The notes: generated from the sequence alone by a model not told the origin. Positions 37,167 to 47,210 are shown, counted from the first letter of the stretch. The stretch is DNA of 64,000 nucleotides from a bacterium (GCA_030603395.1 JAUVXX010000003.1:30645-94644), one strand, 5' to 3'. Translations and numbers: made by a program.

Positions 37167-37472
37167 ATGAAGATAAGAAAAGGTGATCAAGTATTAATAA
37201 TTAAAGGAAAAGATAGAGGCAAGAAAGGAAAGGTTCTCCGGGGTTTTCCCAAAGAAAATCAAGTTTTGATTGAAGGGATTAACATAAAGAAAAGACACAG
37301 AAGACCCAAAAAAGAAGGAGAGAAGGGACAGGTGGTTGAGATTCCTGGTTCCATCCCTACTTCTAAGTTAAAGTTGATTTGTCCGAAGTGCGGAGAACCA
37401 ACCAGGATCGGATATAAATCAAGTGGCAAGAAAAAATCAAGGGTTTGTAAAAAATGCCAAGGAGAAATTTAA
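37167..37472 (+). CDS. rplX: Ribosomal protein L24 (zinc-ribbon C-terminus)
   Basis: MKIRKGDQVLIIKGKDRGKKGKV and the C-terminal CPKCG...CKKC. Confidence 0.9.
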   Translation: MKIRKGDQVLIIKGKDRGKKGKVLRGFPKENQVLIEGINIKKRHRRPKKEGEKGQVVEIPGSIPTSKLKLICPKCGEPTRIGYKSSGKKKSRVCKKCQGEI

Positions 37473-37517
37473 GAACCTGCTTGCTCGCAGAACCTTGAAA
37501 TTCCTATGGAATAATTA
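37470..37517 (+). repeat. Post-stop conserved element, family 2, copy B
   Basis: taagaacctgcttgctcgcagaaccttga...ggaataat aligns with 29801-29848. Confidence 0.75.
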
Positions 37518-37538
37518 TTTATGCGGAATTATAATTTC

Positions 37539-38096
37539 ATGCCTAGACTAACCGAAAAATATAAAAGAGAAGTTATTCCAGAGATGATGAAAAAGTTTGG
37601 ATACAAGAATCCTATGGCGGTGCCTAAAATCAAAAAGGTCATAGTTAATGTTGGATTTGGAAGAATGGTTGTTGATAAAACTTCGAAAGAAGCAGAAAAA
37701 ATACAAAAATATATTTTCAATAGTTTGGCTTTAATTACCGGACAGAAACCTCAACGGAGAGAAGCTAAAAAATCAATCTCTTCTTTTAAGTTGAGAGAGG
37801 GCATGACGGTGGGGGCTCGAGTTTCTTTGGGAGGCAAAAGAATGTACGATTTTTTAGAGAAGTTAATCTGGTTGGTTCTTCCCAGGACTCGAGATTTCAA
37901 GGGACTTTCTCCCAAAGCCTTTGATAAAGAGGGAAATTTGACCATTGGCTTTAAAGAGTTTACTCCTTTCCCAGAAATTAGCCCAGAGAAAGAGAAAGGA
38001 ATTTTCGGCTTGGAGGTGACAGTGGTAACTGGTGCCAAGAATAGAGAGGAGGGGATTGAACTACTGAAGCTGATAGGATTCCCGATAAAATCATAA
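37539..38096 (+). CDS. rplE: Ribosomal protein L5
   Basis: [39 protein letters not shown]. Confidence 0.95.
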   Translation: MPRLTEKYKREVIPEMMKKFGYKNPMAVPKIKKVIVNVGFGRMVVDKTSKEAEKIQKYIFNSLALITGQKPQRREAKKSISSFKLREGMTVGARVSLGGKRMYDFLEKLIWLVLPRTRDFKGLSPKAFDKEGNLTIGFKEFTPFPEISPEKEKGIFGLEVTVVTGAKNREEGIELLKLIGFPIKS

Positions 38097-38100
38097 AAAC

Positions 38101-38286
38101 GTGGCGAAGAAATCACAAATTTTAAGAGCCAAGAAAATACCTAAGTTTAAGACCCGAGTTGTGCGGCGTTGTTTTCGATGTGGTCGAAGGAGGGGCTATA
38201 TGAGAAAATTTGGACTATGCAGGATATGCTTTCGTGAGTTGGCCAACAAGGGCGAGATACCAGGTATAAAAAAAAGTAGCTGGTAA
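38101..38286 (+). CDS. rpsZ: Ribosomal protein S14, zinc-ribbon (type Z)
   Basis: GTG start, 61 aa, [20 protein letters not shown]. Confidence 0.9.
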   Translation: MAKKSQILRAKKIPKFKTRVVRRCFRCGRRRGYMRKFGLCRICFRELANKGEIPGIKKSSW

Positions 38287-38308
38287 AATTTTTAATTTTT
38301 AATTTTCT

Positions 38309-38701
38309 ATGACAGACCCTATAACTGATATGCTCAATCGAATAAGAAATGCCCAAGCTGTTCGCCACCAGACAGTGAAGGTTCCTTATTCAGACTTGAA
38401 ACAAAAGTTAGCTGAGATTCTTACCAGAGAAGGTTTTTTTGACAAAGTTGAAAAGAGGAGAAAGAAAACTCAAAAGATAACAGAGATCTATCTGAAATAC
38501 TCAGCCGATAAAAGTCCGGCTATCTCCGGCTTGAAGAGGATTTCTAAGCCCAGCCAACGAATTTATAAAAAATCAAAAGAGATTAGAAAAATCAGGGGTG
38601 GCTACGGCATAGCCATTGTTTCAACCCCTCAAGGATTGATGACAGACAAAGAGGCTCGTAAAAAGAAAGTAGGAGGAGAGATATTGTGTGAGATTTGGTA
38701 A
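38309..38701 (+). CDS. rpsH: Ribosomal protein S8
   Basis: MTDPITDMLNRIRNA... Confidence 0.95.
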   Translation: MTDPITDMLNRIRNAQAVRHQTVKVPYSDLKQKLAEILTREGFFDKVEKRRKKTQKITEIYLKYSADKSPAISGLKRISKPSQRIYKKSKEIRKIRGGYGIAIVSTPQGLMTDKEARKKKVGGEILCEIW

Positions 38702-38705
38702 ATAT

Positions 38706-39257
38706 ATGTCCAGAATCGGTAAAAAACCAATTTTAATACCAGAAGGAGTAGAAGTTAACATAGATGGTCAAAAGGTTTCCATCAAGGGACCGAGGGGGGA
38801 GATTTCTCAGGAACTTTCTGATAAGATTTCGGTTGAGCAAAAAGAAGATAAGCTTCAACTCTCCCTCAAAAAGAGAGACAAACAAAGCCGAGCTTTATGG
38901 GGACTTTGGAGAGCTCTTTTGAAAAATGATATTGAGGGAGTAACTTCGGGCTTTGAAAAAAAACTTGAGATAAGAGGAGTAGGTTATCAGGCTTCCCTTA
39001 CTGGAGATGGAGTTATTAAATTAGAAGTTGGTTTTTCACACCCAGTCAATTTAGAGATACCCCAGAGAGTAGATGTGGCAGTTGAAAAAAACCTAATTAC
39101 TGTTTCGGGAATTAACAAGCAAGCAGTAGGAGAATTTGCCGCCAAAGTGAGAAAGATAAAACCTCCTGAACCTTATAAAGGGAAGGGGATTAGATATCTT
39201 GGAGAAAAAGTAAGGAAGAAGGAAGGTAAGAAAGTAGCTACCGCCATCCCCACCTAA
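38706..39257 (+). CDS. rplF: Ribosomal protein L6
   Basis: MSRIGKKPILIPEGVEV... Confidence 0.95.
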   Translation: MSRIGKKPILIPEGVEVNIDGQKVSIKGPRGEISQELSDKISVEQKEDKLQLSLKKRDKQSRALWGLWRALLKNDIEGVTSGFEKKLEIRGVGYQASLTGDGVIKLEVGFSHPVNLEIPQRVDVAVEKNLITVSGINKQAVGEFAAKVRKIKPPEPYKGKGIRYLGEKVRKKEGKKVATAIPT

Positions 39258-39272
39258 TAAATTTTCAATTCT

Positions 39273-39626
39273 ATGTTAGTCAAACAAGAAAAAAGAATAA
39301 GACGTCACAAACGTGTTCGAGCTAAGGTAAAAGGAACAAGTAAGGTGCCTCGGCTTTGTGTTTTTAGGTCTTCTCGCCATATTTACGCTCAATTAATTGA
39401 TGATGAAAAAGGTCAAACTTTGGCAGCAGTTTCAGGTTTAGAGTTAAAAGCTAAAAAGAAAAAAATCACCAAAGTAGATGAAGCTTCGGAGATTGGCAAA
39501 TTGATCGCCCAAAAAGCTATTTCCAAAAAGATTTCAAAAGTTGTTTTTGATAGAGCCGGTTATAAGTATCACGGCAGAGTGAGAGCGGTGGCGGAAGGAG
39601 CACGTGAAGGCGGGCTTAAGTTTTAA
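39273..39626 (+). CDS. rplR: Ribosomal protein L18
   Basis: [18 protein letters not shown]...[12 protein letters not shown]. Confidence 0.95.
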   Translation: MLVKQEKRIRRHKRVRAKVKGTSKVPRLCVFRSSRHIYAQLIDDEKGQTLAAVSGLELKAKKKKITKVDEASEIGKLIAQKAISKKISKVVFDRAGYKYHGRVRAVAEGAREGGLKF

Positions 39627-39634
39627 GCAATTTT

Positions 39635-40147
39635 ATGTTCAGACCAATTCAGCGACCCAAATTCAAAAAAGAAAAGGAGGAGTTTGAATCCAATCTCTTG
39701 GATTTGACCCGGGTGACCAGAGTGACGGCTGGCGGAAAACAGCTTAGATTTCGAGCCGTAATGGTGATTGGAGACAAGGCAGGTCGAGTTGGCGTGGGGG
39801 TGGCTAAGGGAAAAGACGTGGCTCAAGCCGTGGAGAAAGCTACCAGGGTTGCCAAGAAAAACATCATAGAAGTTCCTATTTTTGCTGAAACCATCCCTCA
39901 CCAGGTTGAATCAAAGTTTGGGCCAGCCCGGGTGCTACTGCGACCTCAAAGAAAAGGGAGGGGATTGGTGGCTGGTGGAGTAGTCAGGGTAATTTGTAAT
40001 CTGGCTGGCATAAAAAATATATCTTCAAAACTTCTTTCCAGGACCAGAAACAAACTTAATAATGCCAGGGCTACCATGATAGCTTTAAAAAAGCTTAAAA
40101 TAAAAGACGAAAAACATGCAACTACATCAACTAAAACCAATTCATAA
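39635..40147 (+). CDS. rpsE: Ribosomal protein S5
   Basis: VTRVTAGGKQLRFRAVMVIGD..GRVGVGVAKGKDV. Confidence 0.95.
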   Translation: MFRPIQRPKFKKEKEEFESNLLDLTRVTRVTAGGKQLRFRAVMVIGDKAGRVGVGVAKGKDVAQAVEKATRVAKKNIIEVPIFAETIPHQVESKFGPARVLLRPQRKGRGLVAGGVVRVICNLAGIKNISSKLLSRTRNKLNNARATMIALKKLKIKDEKHATTSTKTNS

Positions 40148-40547
40148 GCGGAGAAACAAGAGAAGGCGGGGTCGAGGTGGAAAAAGAGGGACTTATTCTG
40201 GCAGGGGAATTAAGGGACAAAGATCCAGAGCCGGAGCGAAATTTCAACCAATAATTCGGGAAATGATTAAAAAATACCCGAAACTTAAAGGTTACCGTCA
40301 GAAGGTTAGGAAGAAAATTCAAGTTGAGATAAATATAGCAATTCTGGAAGAGAAATTTAAATCTGGGGAAGAAATTAACCCAAAAGTTTTGATTGAGAAG
40401 GGAATAATCCGTAAAATAAAAGATAGGGTACCTGAGGTTAAAATTTTAGGCAAAGGAGAATTAAAAAAGAAACTGACAATAGAGGATTGTAAAGTTTCCA
40501 AAGCAGCCAAAGAGAAGATTAAAAAAGCCGGCGGCAGTGTAAAATAA
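40116..40547 (+). CDS. rplO: Ribosomal protein L15 (no L30 gene between S5 and L15)
   Basis: LHQLKP...RRGRGGKRGTYSGRGIKGQ. It overlaps the rpsE end by 32 nt. Confidence 0.9.
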   Translation: MQLHQLKPIHKRRNKRRRGRGGKRGTYSGRGIKGQRSRAGAKFQPIIREMIKKYPKLKGYRQKVRKKIQVEINIAILEEKFKSGEEINPKVLIEKGIIRKIKDRVPEVKILGKGELKKKLTIEDCKVSKAAKEKIKKAGGSVK

Positions 40548-40556
40548 ATTACCATT

Positions 40557-41840
40557 ATGAGTTGGCTAGAAAAACTAATTTTATTTTTTAAAGATAAACA
40601 GCTCCGAAACAAAATCCTTTTTGTTTTGGCCATATTTGCTGTTTTCCGATTGGCTGCCAACATCCCTATTCCAGGGATAGATTTGGAAAATCTAAGAAGA
40701 TTTTTTTCAGATAATCAATTTTTTGGACTTTTAAATCTTTTTTCGGGAGGTGCCCTGAGTAATCTTTCCATCGTTATGTTGGGCCTTGGTCCCTATATTA
40801 CCTCAGTTATTATTCTGCAGCTTTTGACTATGATTTTTCCTCGGTTTGAGAAAATGTACAAAGAAGAAGGGGAGCAGGGCAAGAGGAAGTTTAACCAGTA
40901 CGGCAGAATGTTAACTGTTCCTCTGGGGATTGTCCAGGCCTACGGCATGTTAACTTTACTTCAACGTCAGGGAGCTATCTCTACCATCAGTCCTGCTCTA
41001 CTTTTGACCTCAATTTTGACTATCACTGGTGGAGCTTTATTTTTAATGTGGTTAGGAGAGTTAATTTCCGAAAGGGGAATCGGCAACGGAGTTTCCCTTT
41101 TAATCTTTGCCGGAATTGTCGCCAGAACCCCTACTGAAATCCGACAGGTTGCTTTGACCTGGGATCCGGCTCATTTGCCCTCTTATATCTTCTTCTTCGC
41201 TGTCAGCTTGATTATTATTGCCGGCGTTGTTTTAATCACCGAGGCTCGGAGAAATATCCCCGTTTCTTATGCTAAAAGAATTAGAGGTCATCGAATGTAC
41301 GGAGGAGTTTCCACTCATTTGCCCATGAACATCAATCCGGCTGGCGTTATTCCCATAATTTTTGCTCTCTCCATTTTGCTTTTTCCGGGCATGATTGCTA
41401 ACTTCTTTGCTACCGGAGGGAATCAACTTTTAGCCAGTTTGGCCCAAGGACTTAATAGCTTTTTGCAAAATCCCTGGGTTTATGGCGGCTTATTCTTCAT
41501 TTTAGTTTTCGTTTTTACCTATTTTTACACTGCCGTAACCTTTGACCCAAAGACCATCGCGACCAATCTTCAGAAGATGGGTGGCTTTGTTCCCGGGATT
41601 CGACCGGGGGCTAACACCGCCCAATTCTTACACAAAATTCTTTACCGAATTCTTTTTATCGGAGCAGTATTTTTAGGTTCGGTGGCTGTAATGCCGTCAA
41701 TTGTTCAGGGAGCAACCGGAGTCACCGCTTTCCGCTTTTTGATTGGAGGAACGGCAATTTTGATTGTGGTCAGTGTGGTTTTGGACACCTGGCGACAAAT
41801 TAAAGCCCAAATGGAAATGCGCGAATATGAAAGGTTTTAA
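40557..41840 (+). CDS. secY: Preprotein translocase subunit SecY
   Basis: 427 aa, 10 TM pattern, FSGGALSNLSIVMLGLGPYITSVII. Confidence 0.95.
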   Translation: MSWLEKLILFFKDKQLRNKILFVLAIFAVFRLAANIPIPGIDLENLRRFFSDNQFFGLLNLFSGGALSNLSIVMLGLGPYITSVIILQLLTMIFPRFEKMYKEEGEQGKRKFNQYGRMLTVPLGIVQAYGMLTLLQRQGAISTISPALLLTSILTITGGALFLMWLGELISERGIGNGVSLLIFAGIVARTPTEIRQVALTWDPAHLPSYIFFFAVSLIIIAGVVLITEARRNIPVSYAKRIRGHRMYGGVSTHLPMNINPAGVIPIIFALSILLFPGMIANFFATGGNQLLASLAQGLNSFLQNPWVYGGLFFILVFVFTYFYTAVTFDPKTIATNLQKMGGFVPGIRPGANTAQFLHKILYRILFIGAVFLGSVAVMPSIVQGATGVTAFRFLIGGTAILIVVSVVLDTWRQIKAQMEMREYERF

Positions 41841-41846
41841 TCGCTT

Positions 41847-42512
41847 ATGAAAAATAAATTAGTCATTATCTTGCTGGGGCCGCCCGGCTCCGGAAAAGGA
41901 ACTCAGGCAAAGTTGCTTGCCAAAAAGTTTAAATTAGAATATTTAGGGAGCGGCAATATTCTTCGCCAGCGTCGAAAGAAGGGCAATTTTACCGGAAAGA
42001 GACTTAAAGAAGTTATGAGAAGAGGAGAGTTGGTCCCCAGTTTTGTCATTTCCAGACTTTTAACAGACAAATTGGAAGAATTAAAAAATCGTCCCCGGCT
42101 TAACGGCTTTATTTTAGACGGCTGGACCAGAATCCTCGTTGAAGCTGAACTGATTGACGAGTCTTTGGATTGGTATGAATGGCAGAAAAATGTGAAAATT
42201 ATTCTCATCAATATTTCAGACAAAGAATCTTTTGACCGCTTAACTAAAAGAAAGAACTGCAAGGACTGTGGGAGATTTATTCCCTGGATAGGAGAATTTA
42301 AAAAACTAAAAAGATGCGATAAGTGTGGAGGTTTACTTATCAGCCGAGCTGACGACAAGCCAAAAGCTATCAAAAAACGTCTTGAAGAATTCAAAGAAGA
42401 AACAAAACCAGTTATAGATTATTACAAAAAACAAGGCCGGCTGATTAAGATAAATGGCGAACAATCCATTGAAAATGTTTTTAAAGACATTCTGAAAACA
42501 CTCAAAAAATGA
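41847..42512 (+). CDS. adk: Adenylate kinase (zinc-lid type)
   Basis: LLGPPGSGKGTQA, ILDGWTR, and lid CKDCGR...CDKCGG. Confidence 0.9.
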   Translation: MKNKLVIILLGPPGSGKGTQAKLLAKKFKLEYLGSGNILRQRRKKGNFTGKRLKEVMRRGELVPSFVISRLLTDKLEELKNRPRLNGFILDGWTRILVEAELIDESLDWYEWQKNVKIILINISDKESFDRLTKRKNCKDCGRFIPWIGEFKKLKRCDKCGGLLISRADDKPKAIKKRLEEFKEETKPVIDYYKKQGRLIKINGEQSIENVFKDILKTLKK

Positions 42513-43300
42513 CTTCTATAAAAATTAAAACAAAAGAAGAAATTGAAATAATGAAAGAAGGTGGAAGAATTTTAGCAAAAATTATAGAAGAACTTAAAAA
42601 GAAAGTTGAGCCGGGAATTAGCACCAGAGAGTTAGACAGGGTCGCTGAAGACCTTGTTTTTAAATCTCAAGCCCAACCAGCATTCAAGGGTTATCGGGGA
42701 GCTGATGAAGAGCCTGCCGAACCATTTCCAGCCACCTTATGTGTTTCAGTAAATCAAGTTGTTGTTCACGGAGCGCCTTCTGATTACCAGTTGAAAGCAG
42801 GAGATATTGTTACCCTGGACCTCGGTATTAAATACCAGGGATTTTTTGCTGATATGGCAGTAACAGTCCCTGTCAGAGACCCGGTCTCTGGCAATTTTGA
42901 CCCTGAAATTTTACGGCTCATCAGAATAACCAAGAAAACCTTGAAATTAGCCATTAAAAAAGCCAGACCCGGCAATACCTTCGGTGATATCGGCAACACG
43001 GCGCAAAGATACGTTGAATCCCAAGGTTTTAATGTTATCCGAGACCTTTGCGGCCACGGCATTGGTAGAGAGCTTCATGAAGAACCTCAGGTTTTAAACT
43101 ACGGCCAACGGCACAAGGGAGAGAAAATAAAAGAGGGGATGACTTTTTGCTTAGAGCCAATGGTTGCTATGGGTGATGGAGGGATAAAGGAAACAAGCGA
43201 CGACTTCGGCTGGCAAACTCAAGACAAATCCCTCTCGGCTCACTTTGAACACACCGTCGCCATCACCAAAACCGGTTGCGAGGTTTTGACAAAAATATAA
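42509..43300 (+). CDS. map: Methionine aminopeptidase type I
   Basis: VVHGAP, DLGIKYQGFFADMA, CGHGIGRELHE, EPM. Confidence 0.95.
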   Translation: MTSIKIKTKEEIEIMKEGGRILAKIIEELKKKVEPGISTRELDRVAEDLVFKSQAQPAFKGYRGADEEPAEPFPATLCVSVNQVVVHGAPSDYQLKAGDIVTLDLGIKYQGFFADMAVTVPVRDPVSGNFDPEILRLIRITKKTLKLAIKKARPGNTFGDIGNTAQRYVESQGFNVIRDLCGHGIGRELHEEPQVLNYGQRHKGEKIKEGMTFCLEPMVAMGDGGIKETSDDFGWQTQDKSLSAHFEHTVAITKTGCEVLTKI

Positions 43301-43361
43301 TTTGATGGTATGATTTAGACAGTTCTAAAAATTGAGAATATTGAAAGGAGGCGAGATAAGA

Positions 43362-43931
43362 ATGATAAAGACTCTTTGGACTTTTATTGAGTGCCTTTAT
43401 CCATTCCCACTGGGAAGGGATATAAAACCAAAAGGAGATGGGGCTAAAGCAGATGTGATTTTTGCCCAGTCACTCGGATTCAGAAGGAAAAATTCGAAGA
43501 TAATACCTGGATTGAGTAATGAGATTATGGGGAAAGAATTGGTCTGGGAGCAATATCTTAAATCCGACCTCCCGATGATTCTTCAGTTCGAGGTCGCAGA
43601 TACTCTTCCTGAGAAACTAAAAGATTTAAGGGTGATTAGAAAGCACAGGGAAGAGGGGAGATACCTGGATAGCAAAGAAGTTGCCGAGCAAACCGTTGAA
43701 ATAATGGAGAAGTATGACTGGAACACCATTATTCTATACGCTCACACATGGCACATGTGGCGGAAGATTAGGATTTTCAGGAAAGTGGGAATTAAGGTGA
43801 TTATTCCGCCTGATCTTAAACTTATTCCTTTTGACAAAAAATCAGAGCAGTGGTGGACAAGAAATTGGCTTCTCTGGACCGTTCGAGAAATCCCCATTAG
43901 ATTGTACTCTCTATCAAAAGGATGGATTTAA
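43362..43931 (+). CDS. Hypothetical protein (possibly DUF218/YdcF-like)
   Basis: SD aaggagg upstream. The resemblance to YdcF-type Rossmann-like proteins is weak, so the function is unassigned. Confidence 0.4.
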   Translation: MIKTLWTFIECLYPFPLGRDIKPKGDGAKADVIFAQSLGFRRKNSKIIPGLSNEIMGKELVWEQYLKSDLPMILQFEVADTLPEKLKDLRVIRKHREEGRYLDSKEVAEQTVEIMEKYDWNTIILYAHTWHMWRKIRIFRKVGIKVIIPPDLKLIPFDKKSEQWWTRNWLLWTVREIPIRLYSLSKGWI

Positions 43932-44019
43932 AAAGGGTGCTTCACTCATTTTTGAGAAGGAGCACTCTTTTTGCTTTGTTTTTAGATTTGGTTTGGTATA
44001 ATAAAGAAATAATTTAACT

Positions 44020-44745
44020 ATGAAGCTTTCAGTTATTATTCCAGCTTATAATGAAGAGGGACGGTTGCCAAAAACCTTGAGAGAGATTGATAAATACTTA
44101 TCTCGCCAATCTTATGATTCGGAGATTATTGTGGTTAGCGATGGTTCAAAAGATAGGACAGGGGAAGTTACCGAAGAGATGATGGGAGAAATTGGAAATT
44201 TAAGATTAATTGATGAGAAAGAAAATCGCGGTAAAGGATATGGAGTCCGACGGGGAATGTTGGCAGCAAAAGGGGACTATAGGTTATTTACTGATGCTGA
44301 TAATTCAACCTCCATCGACCATGTAGAAAAAATGTGGCCCTTATTTGAAAAGGGATATGATGTGGTTATAGGTACTCGTGATTCAAGAGATGACAAGGAG
44401 GCCAAACAAGCTGTTTCCCAATCAGCCTGGAAAAGGTTTCTGGGGGACCTCGGGAACATTGGTGTTCAGGTGCTTGCTGTTTGGGGCATTTGGGATACTC
44501 AATGCGGGTTTAAGGCTTTTAGCAGGAAAGCAGCCGAAAATATTTTCAAAAGATGTAAAATTGATCGTTGGGCATTTGATGTTGAAGTTTTGGCTTTGGC
44601 AAGAAAACTTGGCTATAAAATTGGCATAGCACCCATCTATTGGATAAATTCTCCTGAGAGCAAAGTGAAGTTGAAAGGATATATTCAATTCTTTAAGGAG
44701 CTTTTGCGAATAAAATGGAATCTTATTTTTAGAAAATATGGCTGA
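44020..44745 (+). CDS. Family 2 glycosyltransferase (dolichyl/polyprenyl-phosphate glycosyltransferase-like)
   Basis: LSVIIPAYNEE, VVSDGSKD and TDADNS (DxD). Confidence 0.85.
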   Translation: MKLSVIIPAYNEEGRLPKTLREIDKYLSRQSYDSEIIVVSDGSKDRTGEVTEEMMGEIGNLRLIDEKENRGKGYGVRRGMLAAKGDYRLFTDADNSTSIDHVEKMWPLFEKGYDVVIGTRDSRDDKEAKQAVSQSAWKRFLGDLGNIGVQVLAVWGIWDTQCGFKAFSRKAAENIFKRCKIDRWAFDVEVLALARKLGYKIGIAPIYWINSPESKVKLKGYIQFFKELLRIKWNLIFRKYG

Positions 44746-45772
44746 AAAAAAACCAAAAGCAAAATTTCCTTCGGAGCTGCGCTTTAACTTAGTCAGTAAG
44801 GACTGGATAGTCATTGCTACAGGCAGGGCTCGCCGGCCCGAAACCTTTAAAGAAGAAGGAAGAGAAGATACGGAAAAGTCTCAAAAGACCTGTCCTTTCT
44901 GTCAGATGGAGACCCAAGAAAAAACAACCTTAATTTTTGTTAAGGGGAAAAAGATAACCCTGGAAAAGGAAATTCCCAAAGATTGGACAACCATTGTTAT
45001 TCCCAATAAGTTTCCCGCTGTTTTACCGGGGGAGAGTTTGAACGAACGAGCCGAAGGTCCTTATCAATTGATGGACGGGGTGGGTTTTCACGAAGTGGTG
45101 GTAACCAGAAACCATCAAAAGGATATTCCCCAACTTAAGCGAGAAGAGGTAAAGGAGGTCATTGATGCTTATCAGGAAAGATATCTTGAATTCATGAACG
45201 AGAAGTTCGTTAATTATGTTTCTATTTTTCATAATCATGGTGCTAGAGCCGGGGCTTCCATTGCCCATCCTCACTCCCAAATAATGGCTATCCCAGTAAC
45301 CGACCCTGATATTGAAAACAGCTTAGTTAGCTCTCGTCGATACTGGGATACTCACCAAAAATGCCTTCATTGTGAAATGCTAAGATGGGACAGGGAAGAT
45401 GGCAGGCGAGTTGTTTTTGAAAATGAGCATTTCTTGGCTTTATGTCCTTTTGCTTCAAGGATGGCTTTTCAAATAAGGATTTATCCCAAAACCCACTTAA
45501 GCTATTTCGAAAGAATAGCCGAGAAGCAAAAACTGTCTTTAAGTGAAGTTCTTCAGAAGGCTTTGCAAAAATTGAGAAAGGGCTTGGGAGATCCGGCTTA
45601 TAACTTCTATTTAAGAACCTCTCCCTGCGATGGCAAAGACCATTCCCATTATCATTGGCATTTTGAGATATTACCGAGAATCGGCATTCAGGCTGGCTTT
45701 GAGTTTGGAGCAGGCATTGAAATTTCTACCATTGAGCCAGAGAGAGCTGCGGAATACCTGCGTAAGCAATAA
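44738..45772 (+). CDS. galT: Galactose-1-phosphate uridylyltransferase (HIT superfamily)
   Basis: CPFC zinc motif and the active-site HPHSQ (HxHxQ). Confidence 0.8.
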   Translation: MAEKKPKAKFPSELRFNLVSKDWIVIATGRARRPETFKEEGREDTEKSQKTCPFCQMETQEKTTLIFVKGKKITLEKEIPKDWTTIVIPNKFPAVLPGESLNERAEGPYQLMDGVGFHEVVVTRNHQKDIPQLKREEVKEVIDAYQERYLEFMNEKFVNYVSIFHNHGARAGASIAHPHSQIMAIPVTDPDIENSLVSSRRYWDTHQKCLHCEMLRWDREDGRRVVFENEHFLALCPFASRMAFQIRIYPKTHLSYFERIAEKQKLSLSEVLQKALQKLRKGLGDPAYNFYLRTSPCDGKDHSHYHWHFEILPRIGIQAGFEFGAGIEISTIEPERAAEYLRKQ

Positions 45773-45851
45773 CCGCTCACTAACCCAAACATTTTTTCAG
45801 CGCCCCCACCCTCCCACGCGCCATGCTGAAAAAATGTTGGTTAGCTCGCGC
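45773..45851 (+). repeat. Intergenic hairpin repeat, family 1, copy 2
   Basis: See copy 1. The identical 53-nt core is at 45788-45840. Confidence 0.85.
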
Positions 45852-45859
45852 TTATTTAT

Positions 45860-46597
45860 ATGAAGTCACTTATCGTAGCCAACTGGAAAATGAATCCCCT
45901 TAGTCAAAAAGCAGCAAGCCAGCTTTTTGATTCTCTGAAAAGGGGTTTAAAAAATGTTAGGAAAACCGAGGTGGTAGTTTGCCCACCGTTTGTTTATCTA
46001 TCAGGGAATCGTTTGACGTCTTTCAAATTAGGCGCCCAAGACTGCTTTTGGCAGGATAAGGGAGCTTTTACCGGAGAGATTTCTCCCCAAATGCTCAAAG
46101 ATTTAGGGGTGAGGTATGTTATTTTGGGTCATTCAGAAAGGAGGCAGGTTATGGGAGAGGCGGATGAGATGGTTAACAAGAAAATAAAAGAAGTTTTGAG
46201 GTTAAAACTTTGGCCCATAGTTTGTGTGGGAGAGACTGCTCAAGAAAGAAAAAAAGGAGAGACCTTTCAGGTTTTAAAAAGAGAAATTAAGGAAGGTTTT
46301 AAAAATGTGCCAAAATCTCAAATGTCAAAAGTGGTTATCGCTTACGAGCCAATCTGGGCAATCGGCACCGGCAACCCCTGTTTAGCAGATGATGCCTTAA
46401 CAGCCGTTCTGTTTATCCGAAAGGTTATCTCTCAGATTTTTGGCATGGCACTTGCCAAAAAGATTAGAATTCTTTATGGAGGAAGCGCTAACTCCCAAAA
46501 CGCTGGAGATTATCTCAATCAGGAGGGTATCAATGGATTGTTGGTGGGAGGTGCTTCCTTGAAACCAAAAGAATTCTTAAAGATAGCTCGGGGTTGA
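45860..46597 (+). CDS. tpiA: Triosephosphate isomerase
   Basis: ANWKMN, GHSERR, AYEPIWAIGTG. Confidence 0.95.
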   Translation: MKSLIVANWKMNPLSQKAASQLFDSLKRGLKNVRKTEVVVCPPFVYLSGNRLTSFKLGAQDCFWQDKGAFTGEISPQMLKDLGVRYVILGHSERRQVMGEADEMVNKKIKEVLRLKLWPIVCVGETAQERKKGETFQVLKREIKEGFKNVPKSQMSKVVIAYEPIWAIGTGNPCLADDALTAVLFIRKVISQIFGMALAKKIRILYGGSANSQNAGDYLNQEGINGLLVGGASLKPKEFLKIARG

Positions 46598-46629
46598 TTT
46601 TTTCAAAACATCTGTTAAAATCAAACATT

Positions 46630-47148
46630 ATGGCTGACTTTCAAAAACTTCATTTTTACAACCCAACCTTAGGGAAACTCAGTTTTGACGGAGTTATTAA
46701 GGAGATTTTCAATTACATGGCAACCAGTCCTCATAAATTTTATGACATTGTGGTTGGCTGTGATTCTTCTTCAGACGAAAAACTTTCTTTTCCTATAGCC
46801 ATAGTTGTTCTCAAAGTTGGCCAGGGAGGAAGATTTTTCTTGAAGAGGATTCGCTACCCTAAATCACATAAAAAGCGTTTCTCCAATTGGCATCAGAGAG
46901 TTTTACAGGAAGTTCTTTTATCCTGTGAATTAGCTTTAAGTTTCAGGGAAGCCATTCAAAAGAAAGCCAAAGAGAGTGGAGCTCCGCTGGATTATCAATT
47001 CCGCTACATTCACGCTGACATTGGGTCCGGAGGACCGACCAAAGATATGATAAAGGAGGTGGTCGGTTTGATAAAAAGCAATGGCTTTGAACCGAAAATA
47101 AAGCCAGAGTCCTTCGCCGCCTCCGTCGTCGCGGACCGATTTGCTTAA
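46630..47148 (+). CDS. YkuK/DUF458-family RNase-H-like protein
   Basis: YDIVVGCDSS...IAIVVLKVGQGGRFF...IHADIG pattern. Start taken at the internal ATG. Confidence 0.55.
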   Translation: MADFQKLHFYNPTLGKLSFDGVIKEIFNYMATSPHKFYDIVVGCDSSSDEKLSFPIAIVVLKVGQGGRFFLKRIRYPKSHKKRFSNWHQRVLQEVLLSCELALSFREAIQKKAKESGAPLDYQFRYIHADIGSGGPTKDMIKEVVGLIKSNGFEPKIKPESFAASVVADRFA

Positions 47149-47186
47149 AAGTTAAGAACTCATCCCATCTGGGAGCTTTTTACAAT

Positions 47187-47210
47187 CGCCAAGCAGGCGA
47201 TTTTTTGATA
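47187..47210 (+). terminator. Rho-independent terminator
   Basis: aatcgcc-aagca-ggcgatt followed by ttttt. Confidence 0.6.
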
